This document shows, in pieces, positions 1 to 8,774 of a stretch of DNA of 54,267 bases (position 1 is its first letter; each line of letters begins with the position of its first letter). The position numbers were made by a program, and so were the translations under genes. The notes below the pieces were generated by a model. The model was not told the DNA's origin, ran no database searches, and worked only from the letters and a program-made list of their open reading frames with translations. This stretch comes from a virus (Duplodnaviria > Heunggongvirae > Uroviricota > Caudoviricetes). The DNA is taken from positions 117,500 to 171,766 of IMG/VR virus record IMGVR_UViG_3300042691_036629. One strand, given 5' to 3'.

Positions 1-2
1 GG

Positions 3-248
3 GATTTCAATTGTAGTAATAATCAATTAACAACTTTAGTTGGATCACCACAAATTGGTGTGGAAAGATTTGATTGTAGTAAAAATGAATTGACATCTTT
101 AGAAGGTTCACCAAAAAAGGTTTATGTTTTTGATTGTAGAGATAATAAATTGACATCTTTGGATGGTGCGCCGACAGTTAGTGGAACTAGTCCAAGTGGT
201 GTTCCTTATCTTTTTTATGTAGGAAATAATATTAGTTTGAGTAGTTAA
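3..248 (+). CDS. Leucine-rich-repeat protein, C-terminal part (5' end outside window)
   Basis: Frame open from nt 3; repeats FNCSNNQLTTLVGSP, FDCSKNELTSLEGSP, FDCRDNKLTSLDGAP. Confidence 0.8.
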   Translation, partial: DFNCSNNQLTTLVGSPQIGVERFDCSKNELTSLEGSPKKVYVFDCRDNKLTSLDGAPTVSGTSPSGVPYLFYVGNNISLSS

Positions 249-268
249 TTGACTACTCAAACTTTTTT

Positions 269-553
269 TTATAAACCCAGTTTTCTTAGTTTTTTATCTC
301 TATTGTACTGTAATAAATCTCTTTCATAAACAAATAGGTTCATATCAGAAACACCATGTCCAAGTTCATTAATGGCACCATTATTATAATATAATCGAGT
401 TACTTCATATTTCTTGCCATAAATTAAACCTCTATCATTTGAAATTGAAATGATAAAATCACCAATTGATGGATGATCCTTTCCATAATCAATAACTTTT
501 TTTAGTTTAGGTTTCTCCTCAAATATCTTTAATAAGAGTTTTAATATTTTCAT
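269..553 (-). CDS. C-tag protein, KxIC-family-like
   Basis: LIYGKKYEV motif; ends RDKKLRKLGL. Confidence 0.75.
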   Translation of the reverse strand: MKILKLLLKIFEEKPKLKKVIDYGKDHPSIGDFIISISNDRGLIYGKKYEVTRLYYNNGAINELGHGVSDMNLFVYERDLLQYNRDKKLRKLGL

Positions 554-562
554 AAGTCCAAT

Positions 563-781
563 TTAATCACGAGTTTCTACATTACAGAAGTAATTATCGA
601 AATGACCATTACCACATGTTAAATATATTGAAGTATGACATGTTTCTGATGGTATCTGTTCAAGTTCAGATATATATTTCTCTTTCTTTTTTTTAGACCA
701 AAAGCCAGTGTTTAGACTTTCTATTGATGTATATTCATGAAATATTTCACAATCACATTGTTTACATTTTACTTTCTTCAT
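563..781 (-). CDS. Small putative Zn-binding protein
   Basis: CKQC...CH...CGNGH. Confidence 0.65.
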   Translation of the reverse strand: MKKVKCKQCDCEIFHEYTSIESLNTGFWSKKKKEKYISELEQIPSETCHTSIYLTCGNGHFDNYFCNVETRD

Positions 782-796
782 AATTCGTTTTTATTT

Positions 797-1015
797 TTAT
801 ATACCCAGAAGATCTTTTAGTTTCTGATCTCTATAATACTCTTTATCCATCTGTATTCTGGTTTCATTCATAAAATAATCTATTTTGTATGAATAGTTTG
901 TCTTACCATACCAGTGTATGATTATGTTTTTCTCTTTTATATCCTTTATAATTCCTCTTATGATATATCCATCTTCAATCCAAAGGTATCTGGTACCAAT
1001 CTTTATCTCTTTCAT
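797..1015 (-). CDS. C-tag hypothetical protein
   Basis: Ends RDQKLKDLLGI. Confidence 0.75.
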   Translation of the reverse strand: MKEIKIGTRYLWIEDGYIIRGIIKDIKEKNIIIHWYGKTNYSYKIDYFMNETRIQMDKEYYRDQKLKDLLGI

Positions 1016-1212
1016 ATCCCAAGATTTTTTAGTTTCTTATCTCTTAATAAACTCTTATAGTAGTTATAATCAACACCATAAGCACCACTATTAGGATTCA
1101 GTCTAAACATAATTGAATTACCAAGTAATCTGATATCAAATAAAGGACCGTCGTGTTTAATTCCTTGTGAATGTATAATAAAATATCTTAGTAAATCTTC
1201 ATCTACATTCAT
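1012..1212 (-). CDS. C-tag hypothetical protein
   Basis: Ends RDKKLKNLGI; ATGA overlap with next gene. Confidence 0.75.
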   Translation of the reverse strand: MNVDEDLLRYFIIHSQGIKHDGPLFDIRLLGNSIMFRLNPNSGAYGVDYNYYKSLLRDKKLKNLGI

Positions 1213-1478
1213 ATCCCAATCTCTTTTAGTTTTTGATCTCTAATATTCTGTTTAGTTGAAAACCATCTCCAAATACAATCAACTCCACCAGAACCGGTAA
1301 ATCTTATCCAAGCATTTGATTTATCTCTAACATTTGTACAATAGTAATAAACAGAGCAATATCTATTACTTGTTAGTCTACCATAGTCTTGCACTTTGAA
1401 ATCATACTCTTTACCAACAACTAATTGGTTGGATAAGTTTTTTCCTTTTATTTTATTTGTTATACAAACCATTTTCAT
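1209..1478 (-). CDS. C-tag protein, KxIC family
   Basis: MKMVCI...LVVGKEY; ends RDQKLKEIGI. Confidence 0.8.
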   Translation of the reverse strand: MKMVCITNKIKGKNLSNQLVVGKEYDFKVQDYGRLTSNRYCSVYYYCTNVRDKSNAWIRFTGSGGVDCIWRWFSTKQNIRDQKLKEIGI

Positions 1479-1699
1479 AACCCAAGTTCTTTTAGTTTCT
1501 TATCTCTCCATTCTTTGAGAGTTATAAATCTATTAAAATTATAAATACCAATTACACCACTATCATTTTTAATGGATATACTTGAATTTAATTTATAATT
1601 ATCAATTCTTTTAATTGTATATCCTTTACCATAAGTTAATTTCTGTTTCTTACCATGATCAGATGAATCAATACAAAAAACAATATCACCTTCTTTCAT
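1475..1699 (-). CDS. C-tag protein, KxIC family
   Basis: IVFCID...LTYGKGY...NDSG; ends RDKKLKELGL. Confidence 0.8.
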   Translation of the reverse strand: MKEGDIVFCIDSSDHGKKQKLTYGKGYTIKRIDNYKLNSSISIKNDSGVIGIYNFNRFITLKEWRDKKLKELGL

Positions 1700-1725
1700 A
1701 AACCATATTAAAAGTAAATTATGTG

Positions 1726-1947
1726 TTATAGTTTTTCATATTCTTGTCCTGTTCTTAAAGGTTGAGTAGCTCCTAATCTATACTCTGTATATTCAACATT
1801 ATTGAGATAAGGTAATAGAATACTTATTTGTGGAATTCCATCTATTATTTCATCTACATAAAAGTCAACCGGAATGATATTTACGGTTAATCTAATAATA
1901 TCTCTTTTAGTAACTATTGGTTCGGTTGTTGAGTATTCTGTTATCAT
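1726..1947 (-). CDS. Hypothetical protein
   Basis: ORF in co-oriented gene run. Confidence 0.5.
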   Translation of the reverse strand: MITEYSTTEPIVTKRDIIRLTVNIIPVDFYVDEIIDGIPQISILLPYLNNVEYTEYRLGATQPLRTGQEYEKL

Positions 1948-1959
1948 ATTAGTCTTTGT

Positions 1960-2256
1960 TTAATAAAAATACTCTTTATAATAATTTAAGGATAAATCCA
2001 TGGAATCATATTCTTTATTCTCATCATCTAATAAACAAACATGTTCACCACAAAAGCCAAGTATTTTATATGATATACCTTTTGTGAAACCACCAAGTAA
2101 TCCAGGTGCTTTAAGACTTTTTTTACAAGTTACAAACTCACCTATATTTTTACCTATACTTTTCATAAAATCTTCATTCTGTTTTTTATGAAGATCAGAT
2201 AAGTATCTATTTTTTAATCTTATCTTTTCTAAAGATTTCTTCTTAGAATTACTCAT
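1960..2256 (-). CDS. Hypothetical protein
   Basis: ORF in co-oriented gene run; FTKGISYKI resembles KxIC family core. Confidence 0.6.
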   Translation of the reverse strand: MSNSKKKSLEKIRLKNRYLSDLHKKQNEDFMKSIGKNIGEFVTCKKSLKAPGLLGGFTKGISYKILGFCGEHVCLLDDENKEYDSMDLSLNYYKEYFY

Positions 2257-2261
2257 ATCCT

Positions 2262-2456
2262 TTAATGTTTATACAAATATAGGAAAATCTTCTCAATAAA
2301 CCCCTTTCTTTTTAAAGAATTGTTCTTTGACCTCATCTCTCTAAATGATTTCGTCAAATCATCGATTTCTTTTATCCTATTCTTATCACGTTCGGAACTT
2401 CTCTTTTTTGAGAGAATTTTCATAAGTTCTTCGAAATCATTCGGTAAATCGTTCAT
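2262..2456 (-). CDS. Hypothetical protein
   Basis: ORF coupled to upstream gene. Confidence 0.55.
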   Translation of the reverse strand: MNDLPNDFEELMKILSKKRSSERDKNRIKEIDDLTKSFREMRSKNNSLKRKGFIEKIFLYLYKH

Positions 2457-2812
2457 ACACCAAGCTCATTTAACTTTTGATCTCTTATGATTCTTTTAAA
2501 GCTCCCATATATCATCTCATATCTTTCTTTATTAGATCCTAATCTATCATAACTATCAACATCAACCCAAATAACATCCCAATATTTATTAAACTCATGG
2601 AAAGTTTCTATTCTAATATATTTAGGGGTTCCGTCGGCATTCCAAACTTTTGGTCTTTCTTCTTCTTCATATCTTACACTTACAATATTTAGTTTATTTT
2701 CTAAATCTCTAACGTTTATTGTAATGGAACCAGGCATTGCCTTAGAAGTTCTTATTATATCTATGTTAAATTCTTCACCGGTTCTTTTTAATATAGCCCT
2801 AACTTTTATCAT
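2453..2812 (-). CDS. C-tag hypothetical protein
   Basis: Ends RDQKLNELGV. Confidence 0.8.
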   Translation of the reverse strand: MIKVRAILKRTGEEFNIDIIRTSKAMPGSITINVRDLENKLNIVSVRYEEEERPKVWNADGTPKYIRIETFHEFNKYWDVIWVDVDSYDRLGSNKERYEMIYGSFKRIIRDQKLNELGV

Positions 2813-3099
2813 ATTCCAAGTTCATTTAGTTTTTGATCTCTTCTCCATTGAACTATAAAGTCATTAAAATTCATTTGTTCCATTTCACTTATACCACTTA
2901 TGATTACTCTTACCCATGGACAATTCATTTGAGCATCAATAAAGGTATCGTAGTTATCAGTTCCTTCGGTATATTTTCTTATAGCATCTTCTAATATAGG
3001 TTTTGGATCTTCATCACCGGCATACATGAATATTGCTATTACACCAGTGCCACCATTTTTAAGTGGGAATGTTGATTGGTTTATTCTTAAATCTTTCAT
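2809..3099 (-). CDS. C-tag hypothetical protein
   Basis: Ends RDQKLNELGI. Confidence 0.8.
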   Translation of the reverse strand: MKDLRINQSTFPLKNGGTGVIAIFMYAGDEDPKPILEDAIRKYTEGTDNYDTFIDAQMNCPWVRVIISGISEMEQMNFNDFIVQWRRDQKLNELGI

Positions 3100-3347
3100 A
3101 TACCCAGTTCTTTAAGTTTCTCTTCTCTCATTGTCTCCACATCCAATTCGTATTCGTATGCATTTTCCCAGCCAGACATATCCTTTCCGTTGACCCACCA
3201 TTTATCATAGTACCTCACGCGAACCTGATCGATAACGAAGTTGGTGGATGTGTTCGGATCGACGTATTTCCTCATTTCTATTATTCTCATTTTAATGTGT
3301 GGTTTCATTACCATGTTTCTTATCTTAACCCAATCTCCTACGTTCAT
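3096..3347 (-). CDS. C-tag protein, SH3-like (VGDWVKI), GC-richer than neighbours
   Basis: Ends REEKLKELGI; about 41% GC over 3151-3300 by hand count. Confidence 0.8.
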   Translation of the reverse strand: MNVGDWVKIRNMVMKPHIKMRIIEMRKYVDPNTSTNFVIDQVRVRYYDKWWVNGKDMSGWENAYEYELDVETMREEKLKELGI

Positions 3348-3577
3348 ATTCCTAATTCGTTTAATTTCTCATCTCTCATTCTCTCCACATCTACTACAAA
3401 TTCATCTGCGGCTTCCCAGGACATTAAAGGTTCTCTATTTAATGTAGATCTATTATGGTACTTCACGAGTATTCGTCCGGATGATATATTAGTATCTGGT
3501 ATTATCTGTATTATTTCCATTTTACCTTTACCAAATTTAAATCCGTTGATGGGTTTTATTAAGTCTCCTACTTTCAT
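3344..3577 (-). CDS. C-tag protein, SH3-like (KVGDLIK)
   Basis: Ends RDEKLNELGI. Confidence 0.8.
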   Translation of the reverse strand: MKVGDLIKPINGFKFGKGKMEIIQIIPDTNISSGRILVKYHNRSTLNREPLMSWEAADEFVVDVERMRDEKLNELGI

Positions 3578-3816
3578 ATACCAAGTTCATTTAGTTTATT
3601 ATCTCTTTCTCTCTGAAAATTTCGGAACCTTTTCACATCATATATCTCCCTGGCCCTTCTATCGTTAATTATGAATATATAGGTTCTACCATTTAAATAT
3701 TTAAGTGATTGTATCTCATATTGTTTACCTTCCGTTAGATATCTCCCTTCTGAGAATGGTATATTTGTTCCACCTTCTATACATACTACGATATCTCCTA
3801 TTCTAAACTCATTCAT
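3574..3816 (-). CDS. C-tag protein, KxIC family
   Basis: IVVCIE...LTEGKQY...NDR; ends RDNKLNELGI. Confidence 0.8.
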   Translation of the reverse strand: MNEFRIGDIVVCIEGGTNIPFSEGRYLTEGKQYEIQSLKYLNGRTYIFIINDRRAREIYDVKRFRNFQRERDNKLNELGI

Positions 3817-4160
3817 ATACCAAGTTCATTTAGTTTCCTTTCTCTAATAATATCTTTGAATTCATTTTCAAGTACTTCAAAGTCATCTAATTTGAAGTTT
3901 ATCTTGTTAGACGTGACTTTTTCGCCAAGCCAAATGGTAGTCCTACTCAAAGTTGTTTCGGAACCACTTGTGATATATGTAACGTTGTGTTCATTTTTTT
4001 TAAACCCCAGACTATATCTTTTTTCGAATCCACTATGTTCTTCCGGATTGTATATGGTTATCGTGTATCTTCCATAAGAAAGGTAGATAAACTCATCTCT
4101 TATAATAGTGAGAGTGAATCCAATATCTTTTACAAATTTTAAAAAGTCTTCTAACATCAT
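3813..4160 (-). CDS. C-tag hypothetical protein
   Basis: Ends RERKLNELGI. Confidence 0.8.
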   Translation of the reverse strand: MMLEDFLKFVKDIGFTLTIIRDEFIYLSYGRYTITIYNPEEHSGFEKRYSLGFKKNEHNVTYITSGSETTLSRTTIWLGEKVTSNKINFKLDDFEVLENEFKDIIRERKLNELGI

Positions 4161-4384
4161 ATACCAAGTTCATTTAGTTTCCTTTCTCTTTCCAATTCAA
4201 TCTTTATAAGTATAATCATTTCCATATACTCAATCCAAGAATCCCATATACCAGTGTAAGCAACACCCTTCAATCCATTTATAAGAACTTTAATTTCTTC
4301 TATGGGTAGTTCATCAATCCATTTCTGTTTCTCTTCTCTACCTTTACTAGCAAACTCTGGTACTAACTCTTCATATGTTCTCAT
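4157..4384 (-). CDS. C-tag hypothetical protein
   Basis: Ends RERKLNELGI. Confidence 0.8.
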   Translation of the reverse strand: MRTYEELVPEFASKGREEKQKWIDELPIEEIKVLINGLKGVAYTGIWDSWIEYMEMIILIKIELERERKLNELGI

Positions 4385-4417
4385 ATTCCTAATTCTTTTT
4401 AGTGATTAACAAATTTT

Positions 4418-4609
4418 TTATAAATACCCATCCCATTCAAACTTAACATCTTCTAGTTTGAAATCAATATCATAAATATCTTTCAATATCTTTACAGCAT
4501 GTTGAGCATATGTCATCCTATTCATTTCTAAACGGTGATGATTACCATTAACTATCATAGTCATTTCTTCCCCTAAGAAGGAGTGACTTTCAATAAATTT
4601 TATTTCCAT
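4418..4609 (-). CDS. Hypothetical protein
   Basis: ORF in co-oriented gene run. Confidence 0.6.
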   Translation of the reverse strand: MEIKFIESHSFLGEEMTMIVNGNHHRLEMNRMTYAQHAVKILKDIYDIDFKLEDVKFEWDGYL

Positions 4610-4611
4610 AA

Positions 4612-4854
4612 CTACTTTAATAAATCATTAAGTTTAATTTCTCTCCACTCTTCTAGTGGAACTACTTCTTCTCTAGTATACCAAGATTCCTTACCTTTGT
4701 TGTTCTTTATAGAAAAATGTTCTTTTCCTTCTATATCAAACAAAGATTTCATATTTGAAAAATCATATCTATAAAATCTTTGTTTGATATCATAGACTTT
4801 TCCCATAGTAAGTGGAATCTGATCCATATGGTTGTTTATACAAATAACTTTCAT
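4612..4854 (-). CDS. C-tag protein, KxIC family
   Basis: MKVICIN...LTMGKVY; ends REIKLNDLLK. Confidence 0.8.
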   Translation of the reverse strand: MKVICINNHMDQIPLTMGKVYDIKQRFYRYDFSNMKSLFDIEGKEHFSIKNNKGKESWYTREEVVPLEEWREIKLNDLLK

Positions 4855-4903
4855 TCTTCCTTTTTTGAATCAATATGTCTCACTTTATAGATGAATATCT
4901 TTT

Positions 4904-5125
4904 TCATATTCCTATCTCTTTTAGCCTTTTCTCTCTCCATTCATCTATCGGCATCACCGTGATCTTGCTGTACCAGTATGTGTTTCCCTCGTCGTCCTGT
5001 ATTAGGTAGATCGGCTCTTCGGTGTTGTTGTCTTTCCCCTGTTCCAGCACGTCGTAGGCCTTTCCTGGGGTGAGGTCCCATTTGCAGTATCCAGGGTGGG
5101 ATTTTCTTATGCAGATTGCTTTCAT
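4904..5125 (-). CDS. C-tag protein, KxIC family, anomalously GC-rich
   Basis: MKAICI...LTPGKAY...DDEG; ends REKRLKEIGI; about 54% GC over 4951-5100. Confidence 0.85.
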   Translation of the reverse strand: MKAICIRKSHPGYCKWDLTPGKAYDVLEQGKDNNTEEPIYLIQDDEGNTYWYSKITVMPIDEWREKRLKEIGI

Positions 5126-5346
5126 ATTCCTAATTCATTTAATTGTTTCTCTCTCCATTCATCTAATGGAATTATAACTCTTCTCGTATAGTATGATCCA
5201 TATCCAGCATCGTTAATAATAAAGAATCTCATTTTATCATCCGGGAATTTTATTTCTTTAGCTTTTTTAACGACATTATAGATCTTACCTAAAGTTAGTT
5301 CCATATAAGTATCACCGACGTATTCGTTTATACAAATAGCTTTCAT
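5122..5346 (-). CDS. C-tag protein, KxIC family
   Basis: MKAICIN...LTLGKIY...NDAG; ends REKQLNELGI. Confidence 0.85.
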   Translation of the reverse strand: MKAICINEYVGDTYMELTLGKIYNVVKKAKEIKFPDDKMRFFIINDAGYGSYYTRRVIIPLDEWREKQLNELGI

Positions 5347-5351
5347 ATGAT

Positions 5352-5630
5352 TTACTTTATAAATTCTTCAAAAATCTCGTCAATAGTTTTACCTTTTAAA
5401 TTTTTAAGGTTGTCACCTAAGTATAAACCAAATTGTTTCATATCTTCTTCGGTGTACATTTTTTCTGATTGCCATTTAGCACCAGCTTTGAAAGCATTTC
5501 TAACATCTTTATTATAATCTTCGGTGCTACCATAATCTCCTTCATATAGATCTGGTGGATATAATTTAAGAGCAACTCCTTCTAAATTTTCATTACTTTC
5601 GTTATATCTGTGTAAATATTTCATAATCAT
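5352..5630 (-). CDS. N-tag hypothetical protein (likely start 5624)
   Basis: MKYLHRYNES. Confidence 0.7.
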   Translation of the reverse strand: MIMKYLHRYNESNENLEGVALKLYPPDLYEGDYGSTEDYNKDVRNAFKAGAKWQSEKMYTEEDMKQFGLYLGDNLKNLKGKTIDEIFEEFIK

Positions 5631-5640
5631 TATTTATTTT

Positions 5641-5900
5641 TTAGTAATACTTATCGTAATTATCATCAATTGTTGAATTAAGAAACTCTAAAGCTTTCTC
5701 TTTTGAGACAGTTCCTCTAAGAGAACCAATATACTTCAGTTCACCACCTTGTGTCTTTATATCCACTCTAACGAAATAACCTCCAGGTTTAGTATCCATT
5801 GCAATACTGCTTCTGGATATTTTTTTCTTAATTCACTTAATGAAAGCAACTCTTTATGAGATTGCTCTTTTAGCATCTTAAAATTTTTAATATACTTCAT
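5641..5900 (-). pseudogene. N-tag protein with a 1-nt frameshift (pseudogene or sequence error)
   Basis: MKYIKNFKMLKE...ELRKKYPEA; protein-like sequence continues in the -1 frame (SIAMDTKPGGYFVRVDIK...DKYY*); TAATATATA 4 nt before ATG. Confidence 0.6.
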
Positions 5901-6064
5901 TAGTTATATATTAAAATTCTTTTAATCATTTATAAAAATCTTTAATTTTCTTCTAAGAGAATCTTTATACTTTTTAGGTGTCATTAAATATATAAATGAT
6001 ACAAAAATTATACAAAAAAACCAAAAAGATATGACGATTAAGTATAATAGGTTATTAAATATTT

Positions 6065-6283
6065 TCATCTTTTAAGTATATTCTCTATCTTTTTATCTCG
6101 TTCTTCTTGTTTGTGTAAATAATCAAAATAATCATATTTACTTTTAAACCCGTGTTTTCTTAAAACCTGAGTTTCATGTGAACGGAACTCGGTGTAACCA
6201 CGAGTTGATTTCTCACCTAAATTTTTACAAATGTATTGATAGTCGTCGTAATCATCATACATTTTATCTAGTCCACTTCCCAT
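6065..6283 (-). CDS. C-tag hypothetical protein
   Basis: Ends RDKKIENILKR. Confidence 0.75.
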   Translation of the reverse strand: MGSGLDKMYDDYDDYQYICKNLGEKSTRGYTEFRSHETQVLRKHGFKSKYDYFDYLHKQEERDKKIENILKR

Positions 6284-6293
6284 TATTTTATAT

Positions 6294-6743
6294 TTATTCT
6301 ATTCCTAATTCTGATAATTTTCTATCTCTGATCTTTTTCTGATCAACAACTATCTCTACTATTCTCTTATCTATCCACTTCTCTTTCATAAAGTTAATTA
6401 TACTAGGTCTGTTATTAGGATCTCTTGGATAAAGATCAAATGAAGAGAAATCAGTAGCAGTAACCTTAACACTATCTTTTGATACTTCTAAGATGGTTAC
6501 CTCATAAGTTACTTTATATTCTATTTTAACAGGATCTCTTTTCGGGTTGGTGTTTACAATCCCATAGTCCTTTATTATCCCAGTATCACCAGGCATTATA
6601 TCAAATATCTCTTTTTCTTTTACAACTACCTTTTTAGCAGAATCTAATTCTGTTCTGAGTGTAGTGTTTTTATCAAGGAGGTTTGATATGGTTATAGCAG
6701 AGATTACCAGTGCTATAGACAAACATATAATAACTATTAACAT
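6294..6743 (-). CDS. C-tag membrane-anchored protein, paralogue of 45371..45790
   Basis: N-terminal hydrophobic helix; YEVTILEVS..VKV...IINFMKEKWID; ends RDRKLSELGIE. Confidence 0.8.
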   Translation of the reverse strand: MLIVIICLSIALVISAITISNLLDKNTTLRTELDSAKKVVVKEKEIFDIMPGDTGIIKDYGIVNTNPKRDPVKIEYKVTYEVTILEVSKDSVKVTATDFSSFDLYPRDPNNRPSIINFMKEKWIDKRIVEIVVDQKKIRDRKLSELGIE

Positions 6744-6952
6744 ATTCCTAATTCATTTAGTTTTTCTTCTCTAATTTGTTGTATGGTTTTAAAAAAATCT
6801 TGACTTATAGTAATCCAACGATGTTTATCATCACATATTATATATTTACCATTCTTAAATTGTTCAGTAAATACTTTGGGGTCGGCAATTCTATACCACT
6901 TACCAACTGTTATAGAACTAACATCATCATTATTAATACAAAGTACTTTCAT
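6737..6952 (-). CDS. C-tag protein, KxIC family
   Basis: MKVLCIN...ITVGKWY; ends REEKLNELGIC. Confidence 0.8.
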   Translation of the reverse strand: MKVLCINNDDVSSITVGKWYRIADPKVFTEQFKNGKYIICDDKHRWITISQDFFKTIQQIREEKLNELGIC

Positions 6953-7319
6953 ATCTAATATGATTTGTATATAATATTCCTTCTAAACTCCTAAGAGCTT
7001 TAATACTTAATAAGTATTTTAAGTCAGACTTCAATCTATAACATTCTTCTTTATGTGATATTTCTATGGTTTCTAAGATGGGTTTATTATGATAATTATA
7101 GAAATCATCATTAGATTTAATATCTATATTTAAAACATCTCCTTTAAAGTAGATATTAGTTATAATGAATGGCATAACCGGATTACTGAATAAGTAAAGA
7201 TTAGGTTTATAACCCATTAAATCATCTCCACTTATTTTTAATTTATTGTTTCTATCTAAATAGCTTAGAATTCTTTCTATCATTTCTAACTTTAGATTCT
7301 TGGTTTTTAAGACATTCAT
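6933..7319 (-). CDS. Hypothetical protein
   Basis: ORF coupled to neighbours. Confidence 0.6.
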   Translation of the reverse strand: MNVLKTKNLKLEMIERILSYLDRNNKLKISGDDLMGYKPNLYLFSNPVMPFIITNIYFKGDVLNIDIKSNDDFYNYHNKPILETIEISHKEECYRLKSDLKYLLSIKALRSLEGILYTNHIRYESTLY

Positions 7320-7660
7320 GATAATAATTGATTTAATTTTTCTTCTCTAAAAAAGGCTTTAATCTTTTCTTTATTAATTCTTAATGAATCTCCAGGTGCG
7401 AGTTTAGAATCTGGTGTAGTCCAAGTTAGTTTACCATCATGGGTATACCAGAAGTAATCAGCAAGAGGTTCTCTTTTAAGAACATCATATATTTCTTCTA
7501 ATGCTCCTTTAACTATATCATCTTCTAATTCTTTCTGAGTGCTTTGAGGCATTTTATTAAATGAATGTGTTATTTTATCCCAATACTTAATTGATTTTGG
7601 ATAATTACTATCAATTACCCAATCAAAAAATGGTGTGTTAAAACAATCTTCTAAACTCAT
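7316..7660 (-). CDS. C-tag hypothetical protein
   Basis: Ends REEKLNQLLS. Confidence 0.75.
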   Translation of the reverse strand: MSLEDCFNTPFFDWVIDSNYPKSIKYWDKITHSFNKMPQSTQKELEDDIVKGALEEIYDVLKREPLADYFWYTHDGKLTWTTPDSKLAPGDSLRINKEKIKAFFREEKLNQLLS

Positions 7661-8052
7661 AATATCGTCCTTAATAATTGATCTCTCTTATCTTCTAAGC
7701 TCTTACTAAACCAAATGGTTTTTCTATAAGCCACTAATAGTTCTTTCCAATTTGGCATTTTATCCCAAACACCATACACATCCATAGAATCATCCCATAG
7801 AATTATATTTTGTATCTCTGGTTTATCTTCGAGTTTCCATGCCCAATAACCAACCTCTTTAGCTGTTATCATTAGTTTCTCACCAATTACTTTAATACCA
7901 GTTGCTTTGAAGTCATAATTATCATTACCAACTCTTACTTTAAAGTAATCGCCTTTCTTAACATTCTCTGTGGTTTCGAATTCAATATAAACACCACCAG
8001 ATATTTTTTCTCTTCTGTTTGATGCCACTAATTCTGCTGTCAGTACTTTCAT
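7657..8052 (-). CDS. Hypothetical protein with weak C-tag (start re-called at ATG 8052)
   Basis: MKVLTAEL...; ends RDQLLRTIL; ORF-track start overlaps the upstream gene. Confidence 0.65.
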   Translation of the reverse strand: MKVLTAELVASNRREKISGGVYIEFETTENVKKGDYFKVRVGNDNYDFKATGIKVIGEKLMITAKEVGYWAWKLEDKPEIQNIILWDDSMDVYGVWDKMPNWKELLVAYRKTIWFSKSLEDKRDQLLRTIL

Positions 8053-8056
8053 ATTC

Positions 8057-8509
8057 TTAGTATTCAAATCTTTTATCACAATCAAGTAATTGCTCAAACT
8101 CTTCTTCAGGAAGATAATCAAACTCTCCTATAACAGTATTAACAAAATAAGATGCTCTTGAGTAATTGGAGTAGTTGTCTAATACTTCGGATAGGATCTT
8201 ACCAATTTCTTTTAAAGGTTTGTTTTTTAGAAATTTTATGATATCATTCATGTTCATTACTTCATGTGGTCCTTTATCATCATAACTGTAAGTGCCGAAC
8301 TTTTGAATTGCTTTATCTATCTTATCAATAAGTAAAGAAGCATCTTCACTGATATTAGATGTTTGATTTTCTTTTAGTTTTTCTAAATACTCAGTTTCTA
8401 ATCTAAGATAGGATTGTAATACTGCTTTAAGTGTAGGCATATTAATACCACCTCTTTGGTCATAAAGTTCTATCTTATCGATAAGTTGTTGCATTGGTGT
8501 TTTTTCCAT
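8057..8509 (-). CDS. Hypothetical protein
   Basis: 150 aa; TATATTTG box at 8528-8535 upstream. Confidence 0.7.
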   Translation of the reverse strand: MEKTPMQQLIDKIELYDQRGGINMPTLKAVLQSYLRLETEYLEKLKENQTSNISEDASLLIDKIDKAIQKFGTYSYDDKGPHEVMNMNDIIKFLKNKPLKEIGKILSEVLDNYSNYSRASYFVNTVIGEFDYLPEEEFEQLLDCDKRFEY

Positions 8510-8543
8510 ATTCTTTAGATTTTATAACAAATATAATAATTTT

Positions 8544-8774
8544 CTAGGATATTCCCAATTCTTTTATTCTAATTTCTCTCCATTTTTCTAGTGGCATTAA
8601 AACATCCTTGTAATACCATCTTTGTATACCAGCATCATTTGTTACGACCCATGCTCCTTTATCTTTATCAAATAAATAACCGTTTTTATTTGAATCAACA
8701 TTATATATTTTACCTGGTGTTAGTTTTACTTTACGTCCAGCTAAGTCATAATCATCTATACAAATAACTTTCAT
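8544..8774 (-). CDS. C-tag protein, KxIC family
   Basis: MKVICID...LTPGKIY...NDAG; ends REIRIKELGIS. Confidence 0.85.
   Translation of the reverse strand: MKVICIDDYDLAGRKVKLTPGKIYNVDSNKNGYLFDKDKGAWVVTNDAGIQRWYYKDVLMPLEKWREIRIKELGIS

Larger units (their letters stand above)
3574..4189. repeat. Identical 3' ends of three adjacent genes
   Basis: tcatataccaagttcatttagtttcctttctct at 3813-3845 and 4157-4189 (33 nt); its first 24 nt also at 3574-3597. Confidence 0.9.

Noticed and set aside
563-781. ORF ending in ...ETRD* as a truncated C-tag
   Set aside because: Downstream codons do not restore the motif in any frame; two residues are not enough evidence.
3063-3668. Long + strand ORF (201 aa) and similar opposite-strand or alternate-frame ORFs (2000, 3241, 3856, 4583, 6776, 10822, 11893, 12552, 20512, 21904, 25578, 28994, 32894, 34265, 38399, 38837, 39419, 39875, 43549, 47164)
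   Set aside because: Shadows of better-supported overlapping genes that have tags, motifs or coupling.
797-5346. Regularly recurring ~25-33-nt sequence resembling a CRISPR array
   Set aside because: The repeats are the coding ends of genes, separated by 200-350-nt ORFs, and they vary synonymously; no cas genes are present.
5922-5984. 20-aa micro-ORF MTPKKYKDSLRRKLKIFIND resembling a tag-only peptide
   Set aside because: Too short, and the motif spacing does not match.
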